A DNA stretch of 61,839 nt, the filler included, from Sphacelaria rigidula (Eukaryota): NCBI GenBank assembly GCA_964200075.2. It is 9 parts of 9 records of this genome, joined end to end, with 100 filler letters (N's around TTAATTAATTAA, not from the genome) between each part and the next. Parts side by side here need not be neighbours in the genome. Positions count along the whole stretch, not along the records: positions 6,884 to 13,665 come from CAXNAA020018112.1; positions 13,766 to 20,547 come from CAXNAA020018113.1; positions 20,648 to 27,429 come from CAXNAA020018114.1; 6 more parts are not named here. One strand, written 5' to 3'. The notes beneath the pieces were generated by a model. The model did not search any database, was not told the origin of the DNA, and saw only the letters and a list, made by a program, of their open reading frames with translations. A program made the position numbers and the translations under genes. The stretch's first letter is position 1. Every line of letters starts with the position of its first letter. Shown here piece by piece: positions 12,958 to 24,786 of the stretch.

Positions 12958-13487
12958 GCTGCTGCTGTCTCTCGTGCGGGAGGCGGTCCGCGTTTCGACG
13001 TGCGACAATATCCATGCACCTGTCGCGTTATTGCCCCTCCTATCTAAAATCGACCATGATCTGTTCGCGAGTTGTTACCCCCATACAGTAGCATTTTCAT
13101 TACGAGTACATATCACTTGTTTTCCCCTGTATTGGACGCTGGCTTCATTCCCATCACCAGCGGCAGCCACGCGTGCGAGAAACACGCGACGTGCACAGTT
13201 CGCACAGAGAGATGCGTGCAACTATATCTCCCAGCACTTAGCCTAGTGAGGAAGCATAGACTCATCGGCGGGTAGTACGGACCAGCGCTTTCCAGCACGG
13301 TGGCTATCACGTGCAAGGCGCGTGGGCGTTTTAGTTGTAGCACGATCGAAACACGGACCGCCTCTCCCACGAGTAAAAACGGCAGCAGCAGCAGCAGCAG
13401 CAGCAGTATCGGCACTGGCTGATTTAGACCCACCCCCAGCCGCGTAAATCTACTGGCAAAAAAGATGCTGCTGATACTACTGCTAAC
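12583..13487. repeat. Diverged ~550-bp tandem duplication, each unit carrying a (CAG)n then a (CTG)n tract
   Basis: ACGCTGGCTTCA.TCCCATCACCAG at 12583 and 13137; both units contain CAG tract - GATT.AGACCCACCCCCA - TACTGGCAA.AAAGATG - CTG tract. Confidence 0.9.
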
Positions 13488-13951
13488 AGCGGATCCTAAT
13501 TTTTGGGGTTGGAACAAAAAATGATGTTGAATTCGCATTTCTCTATTGCAGGGAAGATACGACAGTAACACAGAGCGAAAGTATCTCCCTCCCCAAAACT
13601 CCGCAGGAGGAGTTAACCGTTAGACCGCGAGAGTAGGTCACCTGCTGAATCGGCATCAATATTCANNNNNNNNNNNNNNNNNNNNNNNNNNNNNNNNNNN
13701 NNNNNNNNNTTAATTAATTAANNNNNNNNNNNNNNNNNNNNNNNNNNNNNNNNNNNNNNNNNNNNCTCCAACGCGGTGGGTGGTCTATGGGCACAAGAAA
13801 AAAGGCGCAACAAAATGGGGCCCCCCCCCCCCCCCCCCCATCCACGTTGAGTAATTTCTGGCCGTCCGATATGCGTTGGCCCCTCACCAGCTTTCCACGT
13901 TTTCATCGAAATGAAACCTGTTTTATTCAAATCCATGGTATCATGTCGCAG

Positions 13952-14317
13952 CCGACATGCATCGCGGGGGTGGACACGCCATGGACGGAGACATGGGCTA
14001 TCGCTCTGACGGACGCCGGCACAGCGGCGGCGGGATGGGTATGATGGGGAGTGGTGGCATGACCGATAACCGGATGATGCGAGGTGGTGGAGGGGGTCAT
14101 CATTCGAGGGACCATTTGGATGGCGGAAGCATGCACGGGGGAGAAATGCGTATGGATCCCCGAGGAGGAATGGACCAGAGGATTAGGGGAAGCATGGGGG
14201 ATATGGGCGGCATTCGAGACCAGCGTGGTCTGCCCATGGGAGCGGGCATGCGGACGGGGGGCGGTGATCATCGGGATGGTCGAGGACGGCCGGATCTTCG
14301 ACACGGGCGGGATGTTG
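13952..14317 (+). CDS. Pumilio/PUF protein, internal exon A (Gly/Arg/Met/Asp-rich low-complexity region)
   Basis: Acceptor CGCAG at 13947-13951, donor G|GTGAGC at 14318; open frame; phase 1 matches the next exon. The gene's 5' end is probably off-contig. Confidence 0.75.
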
Positions 14318-15137
14318 GTGAGCTGTGATCATCGTTCGGCGCAGGATTTCGAGAGGAATAACAAGGGTGATGAACGGCGGGTCAATGATCCCGGCATAGT
14401 CTGGTGGAAAGCCAACTGGTCTTTTTTTTGTACCATTTTGGCATGCATATGATCGTATCGTCCCACTGAAACCTTGTTTCGTGTTTCAGCCGCCCTGATT
14501 GCTGAACAAGATGTAATATACGCGATGAAGCTGATGCAAAGATGTGTCTCTGCATCTGTTTCGGACGATCTAGGTGTAGGATACGGGACTATGAGTGTGA
14601 TGGCCACTAAGCCGGGGTCAAGCAATCATGCGTAGTGCTCATGGAGTTGTGGGCATGAAAACACACCAAGGTTAACCCAATCAGCGTTTTGGGGCATTCT
14701 CAAGATGCAGCACAGTCGGTGGAAGCTCCTTCCCCCGAGATTTGTCCAGTGAACTGTGTTGAGTGAATAACCCTTCCGGACTGGTGCCACATATGACGTA
14801 AATTTACAGATGGTTCGCGGTCAAGAACAGAGTTGACGAAGGGGCTGGAGATGATTCTTGTTTTAACTGTTTGTGGTGTTTTTGAATAAATCAATCTGGC
14901 CCGGAATGAGTTTCAACATTGCGTGTGAGTCATCTTGAATCCAAGTGTGGAACTAGGAGAACTTTCGAATATGCATGTTTTTCTCTTCTTCTGTCTGACG
15001 GGGGGTCAACATTGATCCGAAATAAAATGAGTTTCGAGTAACGTACTTCCAACACACAGCAATCACACTCACACGCACACTTCCTTTCGTCAATGTGTAA
15101 GCTCAACGGAATCGAACAATGCGTTCCAAATCAACAG

Positions 15138-15368
15138 GCATGATGAATGACAGGGGCGCTCCACGCGGGGGCGCCTACCTCGATACTCGCGGTGGTATGC
15201 GAGAACGGGAGCGGGGTGTCGTACCCGGAAGACCCGGTGGAATGGGTGGAGGGGGTGGGATCGGCATGGGGGTTGGTGGCGGGGGCGTCGGGGGTCGTGG
15301 TTCGCTCTTGGACGAGTTCAGGAGCAGCATCGGGAAAAATAGGAAGTGGGAGTTACAGGATTTGCATG
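15138..15368 (+). CDS. Pumilio/PUF protein exon B (RGG region, then SLLDEFRSS..KWELQDL, the start of the Pum-HD)
   Basis: ACAG| acceptor, G|GTGAGT donor; SLLDEFR is the conserved Pum-HD N-cap. Confidence 0.92.
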
Positions 15369-16157
15369 GTGAGTTTTCGGTTTGGTGTTGAGGAAAGCAA
15401 AGTGGCAGCAGAAATTGAAGAAAGGGACGAGAATGGTCGGAAGTTCACACTTCCACGAGTGGACGCTGTGTCGTTCTCCTATTCTTGCGTTTTGATTTTT
15501 CGACTGCGCAGCCTTGAACCACGAGGAGGGGACGGGGGTCGGTTGCCTGTAACTGACGTGTGTAGCAATATGGACCTTACCAATGGCAGGGAGTCACACC
15601 AGATTGCCCTCCCATGTACTCATTTCCACAAGAACCACCCCTGAAAATGTCCGCGGATCTTTCAGCAGACGGGATTGTGCAACGAGAGCTGTTGGAGTCC
15701 AAAATTTTCATGCCTCGCACACGTGCAGTGTTGTTCGCTCAACCTCCCAATTTTGTAAATATTTCCCGATGTCGTGTTTTCTTTGGCCCAAGCGTACGAA
15801 AGGCGGGGGATGAGAACAAGGAGCTTCTGCGCTGCGTCGACTCTGATTGGACTGAATAATACACGCTTCTCATGACTTGATGTGCTCCACGACTGAACTT
15901 GAATATTTCTACGGAGCACGAGGCCTTTTTTTGTTTGTATTCGATTCCTCGAACTCCGGCCCCACCCGGTCAGTTTTTCTGCAGAAGACTGCGCAGACCG
16001 AAAATGTCGAGAAGTGATGAATTCATGCTCGATGAAATCGACGGGTAATGCCCTGGGGATTCATTTGGAAAACTGCGCCAGCCATCCAGGCGTTCACTTT
16101 CTCTCACTGTGGCAAGACGGTTCTGGAATTCATTTCAACACATTCGAAACCGAACAG

Positions 16158-16278
16158 GTCACACGGTGCAATTCTGCCGGGATCAACACGGTTCTCGATT
16201 TATCCAGCAAAAGCTTGAGGTCTCTACAGAGGCTGATAAGGAGGCGTTTTTCGATGAGATCCTGCCCCATACACAGAG
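16158..16278 (+). CDS. Pumilio/PUF exon C, repeat 1 ([41 protein letters not shown])
   Basis: Not in the ORF track; translated by hand. ACAG| acceptor, AG|GTGAGA donor, phases 1 and 2 consistent; [13 protein letters not shown] is canonical. Confidence 0.95.
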
Positions 16279-17063
16279 GTGAGACGGGTTGTTCAGCCCC
16301 TCGTGACTGCTCTGTGGCATGCGCAGGGCTCAGTTTGCAGGGTCGAAGGCTCGTTGTCTTGGCGTCCCTTCCGCTGCGCACTCATACACGCCTTGTTGTT
16401 GACGTCCTCGGCTCCCTGGCTGCACTTGGATTATGCGATTCTCAGCTGCTACCTATCTCCCCCGGAGGTCCCAGAGAAGCGTATTGTTGGGGGTTCAAGG
16501 CGTGGGGGTTGCCGACGGTGGTTGGGGGGGAAGCTGAGTTGAGGAATAAGTCGATGGAGATTTTTTCCGGAAGACTGTTGAGCATACTTGGGGTCAGTAT
16601 GGATTGATGAGATGAGCAGGTGTCTCGGAGGGATACGAATCCCGATTTTGCACTGTGGAGGGTAAACATGTTCATGATGGGAGGGAAAAAACGGTTATGG
16701 GGGGTGTCGGTGAACTTATATTGCACAAGAGCAGTCTTTCCGGATCCAAAATACTATATCTCGAAATCGTTTCAGAAAATATAGTCTTTTGTGTTTGCCC
16801 AAGGCGAGCGGGATCGGTTTGCTCAAGCAGAAGCAAGGACAAGGCATAGCCTAGTGCTGTGGAAATGCATTATCGACCTTGTGTTTTTTTTTCCCCTGTC
16901 GCCCCTTCACCAGCGAGCGTTCTCGTTTCTATACGTATTCAATTCCTATGCTAGGCATAATGAGCTGATGCGTTACAGTTGACCGAACGATCCCCTTGTG
17001 CCTCCTCCCTCGCCTCCCTTGTGCCTCCGCTACCGCACTGTGATCGTCGCGGCGGAATCGCAG

Positions 17064-17271
17064 CTTGATGACGGATGTGTTTGGTAACTACGTGGTGCAG
17101 AAGCTGTTCGACAACGGCAGCCCTGCTCAAAGAGAAAATCTCGCGAGCTTCCTGGTGGGACACGCCGTGCAGCTATCCCTGCAGATGTACGGCTGCCGTG
17201 TGGTGCAAAAGGCGTTAGAGTACGCGTCCATCGATACGCTCATCGCTCTTGTGTCCGAGTTCGGTGGCCAG
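17064..17271 (+). CDS. Pumilio/PUF exon D, repeats 2-3
   Basis: [15 protein letters not shown] and [20 protein letters not shown]| acceptor, CAG|GTAGGG donor. Confidence 0.96.
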
Positions 17272-17719
17272 GTAGGGCTATCCCGGTTCTCAACCATCGT
17301 ATTGTATGACGGTGGGGTCCCATTGGAGTGCCGCACGCTTGAAGCGCGGGTTCCCGATACAGATCAGTAAATGGTGTGGCATCTCAATTTTGACACGTTC
17401 ATTGATCACTTGCCATCATGTCACGAAGCTCGAAAATTGTCGTTTGCTAAATTTAAGGCCGACAAGGTGGATACGACCATTTCGTCAGTTTTTTTTTTCT
17501 TCACGAAGCTACGCCAGGGCGCCCCAGTGGCTCGTAGGGAGCGCTGACGCTGTTCCTTGGCGCCTCCCGGTGTCCGGATGACTTCTTGATGATCCTTAAC
17601 TCGAGATACCGATATGAGAGAAAGATGACCCGCCGGAGGCGATCACATGTCGTGCTTGGCTGGAAATGTGATTTCTCCCTCTTTTCTTGCTGCCTTGGTT
17701 TGTATTCATCTGTGTGCAG

Positions 17720-17857
17720 GTGATGAAGTGTGTGCAGGACCAAAACGGGAATCACGTGGTGCAAAAGTGTATTGAGGTGGTGAGCACTACGGCGAAGGCA
17801 GAGGGACAGTATTTGCACTCGCATATACAGTTCATCATTGACGGCTTCGTGGGGCAG
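17720..17857 (+). CDS. Pumilio/PUF exon E, repeat 4
   Basis: [21 protein letters not shown]| acceptor, CAG|GTGTGT donor. Confidence 0.96.
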
Positions 17858-18378
17858 GTGTGTGGAAATGAAGATGTCCACGATAGGGAACGAAAAAGGA
17901 GGGAACGAAGGAGCGATAGTTTTGGCGGTTTTCAGGCTGTATCGTGTTGATTCTTGATGTACGTGTTTTTACCAATTTTTTAATGCCGCCATATATGTAG
18001 GTGTTGTGTGTCATTGAGTTGAACGGAATTTTTGATAGATGCACATTAACGTACGCCGGGGGTCTAGTCGGTGCTCATAATTCACATGATGGACGCGCCC
18101 CAAATGTAACAAAATGTCAAGACTCGCTGAAGAACAGTTGAGGATTAGTCCACAGGCACGGTATGTTTTTTTTTCCCCAAAGTGGGTACGGTGAAATGAA
18201 ACGAGCGCACGTCTTGAAAACAAAAATACCCTCCCTCCCGCGTCCATAAGGTTACCAAGGGTGCTCGTACTTCAAATATCATTAAAAAATAATGGATACC
18301 CCGTGGTGCTGAGTGCAGTATCTCGAGACACCTATTTCATGGTCGTGTCTTCCTTTGCTTTTGATTCGCACTGAGCAG

Positions 18379-18504
18379 GTTGAGAAACTGTCGATGCATG
18401 CCTACGGCTGCCGGGTGATTCAACGCATCTTGGAGCACTGTATCGACGAGCAAAAGCAGGTCATCCTGGAGGAGATTAAGGACTCTTTCTCAGTCCTCAT
18501 CCAG
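18379..18504 (+). CDS. Pumilio/PUF exon F, repeat 5
   Basis: LSMHAYGCRVIQRILEHC; GCAG| acceptor, CAG|GTGAAA donor. Confidence 0.96.
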
Positions 18505-18804
18505 GTGAAAAAAACAACACATACACTCGCCGTCATCGTTCTCCACCGTACCATGGTCCTCTCATTTTTTTTTGTCTCATTCTTCTTTTCCACCCGCGTT
18601 GTCGATGTTCCAACAAGTCGTCGAGCGCGCGCAACCTCTGTGATATCCACCAGAGTTTTATTCATTATTTTGTGTCTGATGTATTTTTGTCAAGTTGTGC
18701 GAAAAGTGACGAGTAAACCGTCGCGTAACACGCTCGCGAGTGTATCTGCCGTCTTCCCAACGACTCGAACATTGTTCTATGAGGGTAACCAGGATTGTTT
18801 CATG

Positions 18805-19720
18805 GTTGGGACGAATCATCACCGATCGAATCACCTTGCCCACGATCTCCCAGGCCTGGCTGCCTGGAATAGAGAAAACTAAGTCGACCGCTGGTCAAGC
18901 AGCTCTTCACGACATTTTTGCGCCATTCCACGTGCCTGGGCTGCGCGTACCTGGGTCGCAACGCTGAAAACAAAGCCTGAAAATCGATTCATACCGTACG
19001 GATTAATTGTACTATAATCAAGTGATGTCCGGACGAATCATTGATTCATCCGACCCCTGCATTGGTCGATCCTTGCTTGGTTTTCCTTTTAGTTCACGTT
19101 TCCCCTCTTCTCTCTCCTCACCTCTCCTCCCCTCCCCTCCCTTTTTATTCTTCTTGTGTTGACTTTATTTTACAAAGAAATATCACAGTCGGGGGAAGGT
19201 TCATCATTTTTTGCGTTCTTGGTGTCTCACCTCTATTTTTCATGCTTGTTGTGTTGTTTCGTGTTTCTTTTGTTTGATCTCGAAGGCTCGCAAGAAGCAA
19301 TGAGAGCTCTCATCTCATGTAGGTAATAGTTGTGACGGTACTGGAATGGCGAGCCGAAGTCTGTTACTACAGGTTCGAGATATCGGACTCCTGTGTGGAA
19401 TTAATAGAGATCGGTACGTACGTGGTGAGACTGTTGAAGGTCCTCTTTGAGATAATCATCCTGATTGTCCAATATGTTTGGCTCTTGGGTATGCTTTGTT
19501 GGAAACCACCACATGAAAGGAAATATTCCACGGTGAGGACAAATCATCACGACTCAAAATCACCAAATTTACGATTTCTTCGGCCTGATTGTCCCAAAGG
19601 GGGAAGGAAGTTGATCCCAGGTCCCAGGGGTATCCACGCAACTTTTGCGCCATTCCACGTGTCTGAGCTGCGTGTACCTGGGTCGCAACGCTCAAAATAA
19701 GCTTCGGGATTGATTCGTCA
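18805..19720 (+). repeat. Two diverged copies (~18805-18995, ~19535-19720) of a ~190-bp intronic repeat
   Basis: Shared TTTTGCGCC(C)ATTCCACGTG..TG.GCTGCG.GTACCTGGGTCGCAACGCT.AAAA. Confidence 0.8.
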
Positions 19721-20041
19721 CGATTCGACTCATCACACTAAAACCGAGTAATTTCCAGATGAATCATTATTTGTCCAACCCTTGGAATATTCCCACAAGG
19801 GTCCGTCCAGGAATCAGCCTCCTCACGATCGCGGTTCTGAAGTTCATGGATTATGATGGATTACTTCATTCGGGCCATGTGGAGGACTCAACTCAGGGAT
19901 GGAGTTTATATGGGGAATGGTGTGCACCATGTTTGCTTACAATGCCTCAACACGTGTTGGAACTCTTTTTTGCTTCATCTCTTCTTCAAAATTTGAACAT
20001 GCTTCTCTTTCTCCTCCCTCCGCCGCATGCCCGTTGTCCAG

Positions 20042-20119
20042 GACCAATATGGAAACTATGTGATCCAACATGTGCTCAAGCATGGTCGTCCCATGGACAG
20101 AGGCCGCCTCATGCGGGAG
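20042..20119 (+). CDS. Pumilio/PUF exon G, repeat 6 (repeats 7-8 off-contig)
   Basis: [20 protein letters not shown]| acceptor, GAG|GTGAGG donor. Confidence 0.95.
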
Positions 20120-20647
20120 GTGAGGAGTTTGAAGACGGCTGACATTATGATTCAGCGGCGATACAGTAGTGATCCTTTTTTTGGGATTCCCGTACGTCCT
20201 CGGTTTCGAGTTTGCACGGAGTGAGTCGCATTTGAAGAATATTCGGGATTTTTCATATTTTTCCCTACAGCGCTGAAGACGAAGCGCGTGGAATACCGTT
20301 GAGGTAGCGCTTTGGATTCTCAAATCCTGCTGTCTCATACTTGTGTTTTCGGACAAGGGATCTCAGAGTCGTCTCCGACTCATCATTTTAAGTACAGGCT
20401 ATGCCGCCTGAGAAGCGGACTTTCCTTCAGGCGGTTCTAACTGATGATCGATCGCGAGTTATGCTCCCCCCCCCCCCCCCCCCCCCCCCCCCCCAGCCGC
20501 GGTTTTTTCGGTGCGCCGTCCCCCGGGCCGCCGGCGCCGACGTTTATNNNNNNNNNNNNNNNNNNNNNNNNNNNNNNNNNNNNNNNNNNNNTTAATTAAT
20601 TAANNNNNNNNNNNNNNNNNNNNNNNNNNNNNNNNNNNNNNNNNNNN

Positions 20648-20842
20648 AGATAATCAGTACGCTTCGGGCCGAACAATCTTAGCAGGATGCAGCTCACCCT
20701 TCATGCGACTCGCCGAACGTATCACGGCGTTGATGATTGGTTGCTAGCCTGATCCGGCGAAAACCCGACTTGCTCTGTCTCGGCTTTATAGGGATGCAAA
20801 GTCAATGATCTTCATGACTACGGCGTGCAAGATCATTCGTAC
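20648..20842 (+). repeat. Abundant ~200-300 bp interspersed repeat family (core GCAGGATGCAGCTCACCCTTCATGCGACTCGCCG)
   Basis: Further copies at ~27300-27429(+), ~34540-34650(-), ~35405-35585(-), ~42325-42620(+), ~46045-46192(-), ~53395-53695(+); partial at ~41125-41193 and ~57268-57315. Confidence 0.9.
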
Positions 20843-20953
20843 CCCCCCCCCCCCCCCTCCCTTGCCGTTCTAATACTTGCCCTCATCCGATGAAACGTCT
20901 CCACACACTCACCGTTCATTGCCACCTTTTTGTTCTTATTTGATGTCGGACAG

Positions 20954-21094
20954 GGGGTGTTGTGGCCCGTTTTCCATCACGTCGTGGACGTATACGGCAA
21001 CCTGGTGATGCGGTTTTTCACCCAAGACACGCTCGCGGATCTTTGGCAATGCTACGCCAACGTCAACCGAAGATTCCGCGACAAGATCGTGGAG
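20954..21094 (+). CDS. Trehalose-6-phosphate synthase (GT20) domain, internal exon A
   Basis: GVLWPVFH...LWQCYANVNRRFRDKIVE matches the GT20 LWPLFH / W..Y..VN..F motifs; ACAG| acceptor, GAG|GTGTGT donor. Confidence 0.93.
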
Positions 21095-21749
21095 GTGTGT
21101 GCATGCGAGCGGGCATGGTTGTCATTCATCCTCTGCACAGCATGTGTTCATTGTCGGTAGTCTCCCTGGATTGAATGAAGCGATTGACTGATTGTCGCAC
21201 TTCAACTGATCCCCCAGGTATCCAGCCGTGGGCACATGATGGACGTACCCGAGACAGAACAAATCTGAAACACTCGCTGAAGAAAAATAAGGAGCAGAAA
21301 AAGCCGAACAGAACGACATAGTAGACTTGACCCTTTGGGAACACAGTGCCGATTTCTGTTTTCGTGAATCGGCATCATTTTCAGTCATTTTGAAGTCATT
21401 CAAGTCAAAATTATGCCGATTCACAACAACAAAAATCAGCACTGGGTTCCCATTAACCCTATTGGAACCCTCCCCTCCTGTCCCCTGGCCAAACGCCTTA
21501 TTATGAAAAGTTCTGGACAAGAGGAAAAGATGGAAACAAAAAAGGCCGACGGCAACCATTTTCATGGTGGAAGACCGAAGAAGAATGTCCTCCCTGGAGA
21601 GGTCGGGTGGGGTTTGTCCAATCATACCACGCAACGGATGAAGTGTGTCCAATCGTATCCATCAACAATAATCAGCAAAACCACTGTGAAACATTCCACT
21701 TGAAACACAGCAATGGATTCCAGGGTCCAACCAGACACGCCGGTATATC

Positions 21750-22910
21750 CGCATTTATTTGAAGATAGAGGAAGCACCGTTTTGACGGGCTGCAGCATCA
21801 GGTGGCGAGTTTATCAAGCCACATCATACATACAGCATACCTGTAGTATGGCTGAACCCAGCGAAATCCCGTCACCTAATGTGGAAGGCACAGGGGGTTG
21901 TGCGGGCGGTACAGGACGGGCGTAATCGCAGGCATCCGCACAGGCGATACACATGCACACGGGAGGGAGCCAACAGCACCACCTACCGTAATCACGCCAG
22001 ATGAAAAACACTACAGTCAGTAAATACAGTAGGTTACAGTATATGACTTGCGGCGACACTCCGTGCAAGAAAAAAATAAGCATGTCGTAAAAAGTCGGCC
22101 ACGAGCGTAGACGGCACAAGACGATAGCGGTAGCCGGCGTCACGAATCTCACGCAGCATAAAGTATGTCTGTGCATCGGTCAGGAACGATCAACCCGCGG
22201 TGTAGATGTTGTGGGGTAACTATGCCTTTCGCTACGCCGTTGTGTAATAGTCAACCCGCAGTATGATGTTGTCGGCACGTGCTCGGCAGAGCGCAGTTCT
22301 GTGCATGCCTCGCGTTTTACAGAGATAAAATACTATACAGACCTAACACGAAGAAGTAAGACATCACCCCTGGGGCGAGGGCACATGGCGTCTGCGTCGT
22401 CTTTACGGATTTTTTCAAACGGCGGGATGGTGTGTCGGAACGTGCATGAGCGCGATGTTGTGCATGACGTGAGTCTGCCGTCGAGATTACCCCCAAACTG
22501 CTGTAAGCACACCCGGTACTGTACAGGGCAGTATCGCAGCACCCTCGGCGGCACGGAAATGTGACCGCCTGGGATTATATTACACCGCCAGTTCATTAAT
22601 ATGGCGAATGTGTCATCGGCGTTGCCCTCGTTGCCATGACGCTGCAAAGAGTGTAAACTGCAGCGGGAAGGGCGTGCAGGTCAGGCGGGAAGCATGCTTC
22701 ACAGAAGCTCACCGCGCACTGTGGCCGGGGAAGGAGCTCACCAGTGTAGGAAAAAAAAGCCAACGGGTCCTGGACCTCGCCGCAATGAGAAGATAGGAAA
22801 TCTTCTCTTGTTTCAGTTGTCACTCACGGATCTGAAAAATACGCGTTGGGCGAATATTATTGCGTCTAAGCTTTAACCACCGACCATATCTTACGCAAAA
22901 ACCGTCAATT
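21750..22910 (+). repeat. Diverged ~1.2-kb interspersed element in a TPS intron, homologous to ~60240-61500 (-)
   Basis: CTCACGCAGCATAAAGTA (22148) matches the reverse complement near 60985-61002. TGCAGGTCAGGCGGGAAGCATGCTTCAC..GCACTGTGGCCGGGG (22676-22730) matches the reverse complement of ~60445-60500. Ends approximate. Confidence 0.7.
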
Positions 22911-23442
22911 ACAAATGATGAATTTTCCATTGTGAGTTCCAAAATGGTTGAGACGTGAAAAAAAGCAGAGAATAATGAATAGTCAAGGAGAGCAAATGCA
23001 TAAAAAATACATGTGGGGAAACGGTACTAGCGAAGAAACAAGGTAACCGTCCCCCATCATCGTGGAATCCTGTCAGAAGTGAGTGTGCGAAAATGTAAAT
23101 GGTTACTCTTGGCTTTTTTTTCTTCACCTTTGAGCTCGTCAATCTACGGCATATCTGACGGTGTTCATGTGCGCGGAATAAATGAATCAACAATGCGTCA
23201 TTGGTGCGTGTGGTTATTTCCTTGTTTATCCTCTGGCGCCCTTTGGTCTAGAACGTTTGACGCGTCACGTACGGTGTCCCTCCTGTTTCTTCTGTTTTTG
23301 ATCACGGTTTGTTCGTTCATTCCTTGGCTTCTTTGTTGTTACGTAACTTTTGTCTAGGTGATCCTGGTGCGACCCCGCTCACATATATATATCTACATAT
23401 ATTTTTCTCATTTGCCCCTCTGCGCAACGATCGTACTCTCAG

Positions 23443-23631
23443 GCCTACAATGAGGGGGACTTGATCTGGGTGCACGGCTTCCATTTGCTGCTGCTGCCTT
23501 CGTTCCTCTCTCGAGTTCTGCGCACGGCTAGGGTGGGACTGTTCCTCCACACCCCTTTCCCGTCATCGGAAATTTTCCGAACCCTCCCGTTCCGCGAGGA
23601 CCTGCTGAGGGGCATGCTGAACGCCGACCAG
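23443..23631 (+). CDS. Trehalose-6-phosphate synthase domain, exon B
   Basis: GDLIWVHGFHLLLLP...GLFLHTPFPSSEIFRTLPFREDLLRGMLNAD; TCTCAG| acceptor, CAG|GTGCTG donor. Confidence 0.95.
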
Positions 23632-24695
23632 GTGCTGCACCTCGTCGATGTGAAAAGAATGGTGGTGGCGGTGTGATCGTAGTGCTGTGATCCTCCTCGC
23701 ATGACTGATGATTTTCCCCGGGTCACGGGACTGTGTGTTATCAGGAGCTTGTCGTTCGGATCATTTGTATGTATCGACGTGCTTGTGTGTTAACACCAGT
23801 ACGTATTGCACGGCGTGGGACTTTGCTGGAGATGATGAAATCTGTGAGGTGCACTTGTATCGTGACCATTTTGAAAATGCCTGTCTGCGGTACACTGCTA
23901 CTATGTCGTGTGTGTGTTTGGGTGTTTCGTCCGCCGTTTGGCGAGTAGCGGTAACCATATCACTGTGCCAACGGTCACGCGCGCGAAGGCGAGTTGTGTA
24001 CCGGTTCATCCGTTATGAAGGCAGTGGTCGCCACGTGTCCGTCGTGGTTTCCGTGTGGTGTGGCCTCAATGTAGCCCCTGCGACTGCTGAAGGTGTGATG
24101 AAGGTGGACGCAAGAGTTCAACGCGCTATCCAGCCATGTTCGACTGTTGTCCCGGGCCTACTTCCTTCGCTGCTTTGTTTTTTCAACCTCGCGTGTGCTT
24201 TGAAGGTTTGCCCCAGCCCTCAACGTTGTAGCATGTTTATGATCCACACTCCACACAATGACGGTCTAGCATATGTACACTTGGAAGTACCGCCGCTCCC
24301 CGGTGGTGGAAATGGTGCGGTATGGGCTAATTTGGGCGGTGTACAAGTAGTGGGTTGGAGTGTAAGCAGTGGTGGTGAACTGTTGTACGGGTTCCCGCCC
24401 TCGAAACGTTGCGAGGGCCAGTTTACATTGCACGAAAACTTGTGATGTAAGTCGACGGACTGCAGGAGTGGTCATGATCCAAATGTTCGATCACGGGCAG
24501 GCATCCGGGGCCATGATGCCTTGAGACAGCGGACTCGTTACGAGACAAGAACAGGGCCGCCTATGAAAGCATCATGACAAAAAAAGGAGCAACCACGAAG
24601 GCGTTGAAGTGTATGTTGAGTGATGTGGACAACCAAGTTTTTTCTGACATTTTTTTCTTTCGTTTTCCTCTCTTTTTTTTTTTCACACACCCCAG

Positions 24696-24786
24696 ATCGG
24701 GTTTCACTTGTTTGAGTACGCGCGGCACTTCCTGACGTGCTGCAAGCGAATACTCGGACTCAACGATGGCGACAGCAACAACAGAG
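24696..24786 (+). CDS. Trehalose-6-phosphate synthase domain, exon C (IGFHLFEYARHFLTCCKRILGL)
   Basis: Not in the ORF track; strong polypyrimidine tract plus CCCAG| acceptor, G|GTGAGT donor; canonical IGFH..YARHFL..C.R.LGL. Confidence 0.95.

Noticed and set aside
12745..13571. PolyQ, polyA and polyL ORFs
   Set aside because: Translations of CAG/CTG microsatellites inside a duplicated foldback; no splice or domain support.
23708..24445. 245-aa ORF
   Set aside because: Lies wholly within a TPS intron, has no recognisable motif and is likely a chance frame.
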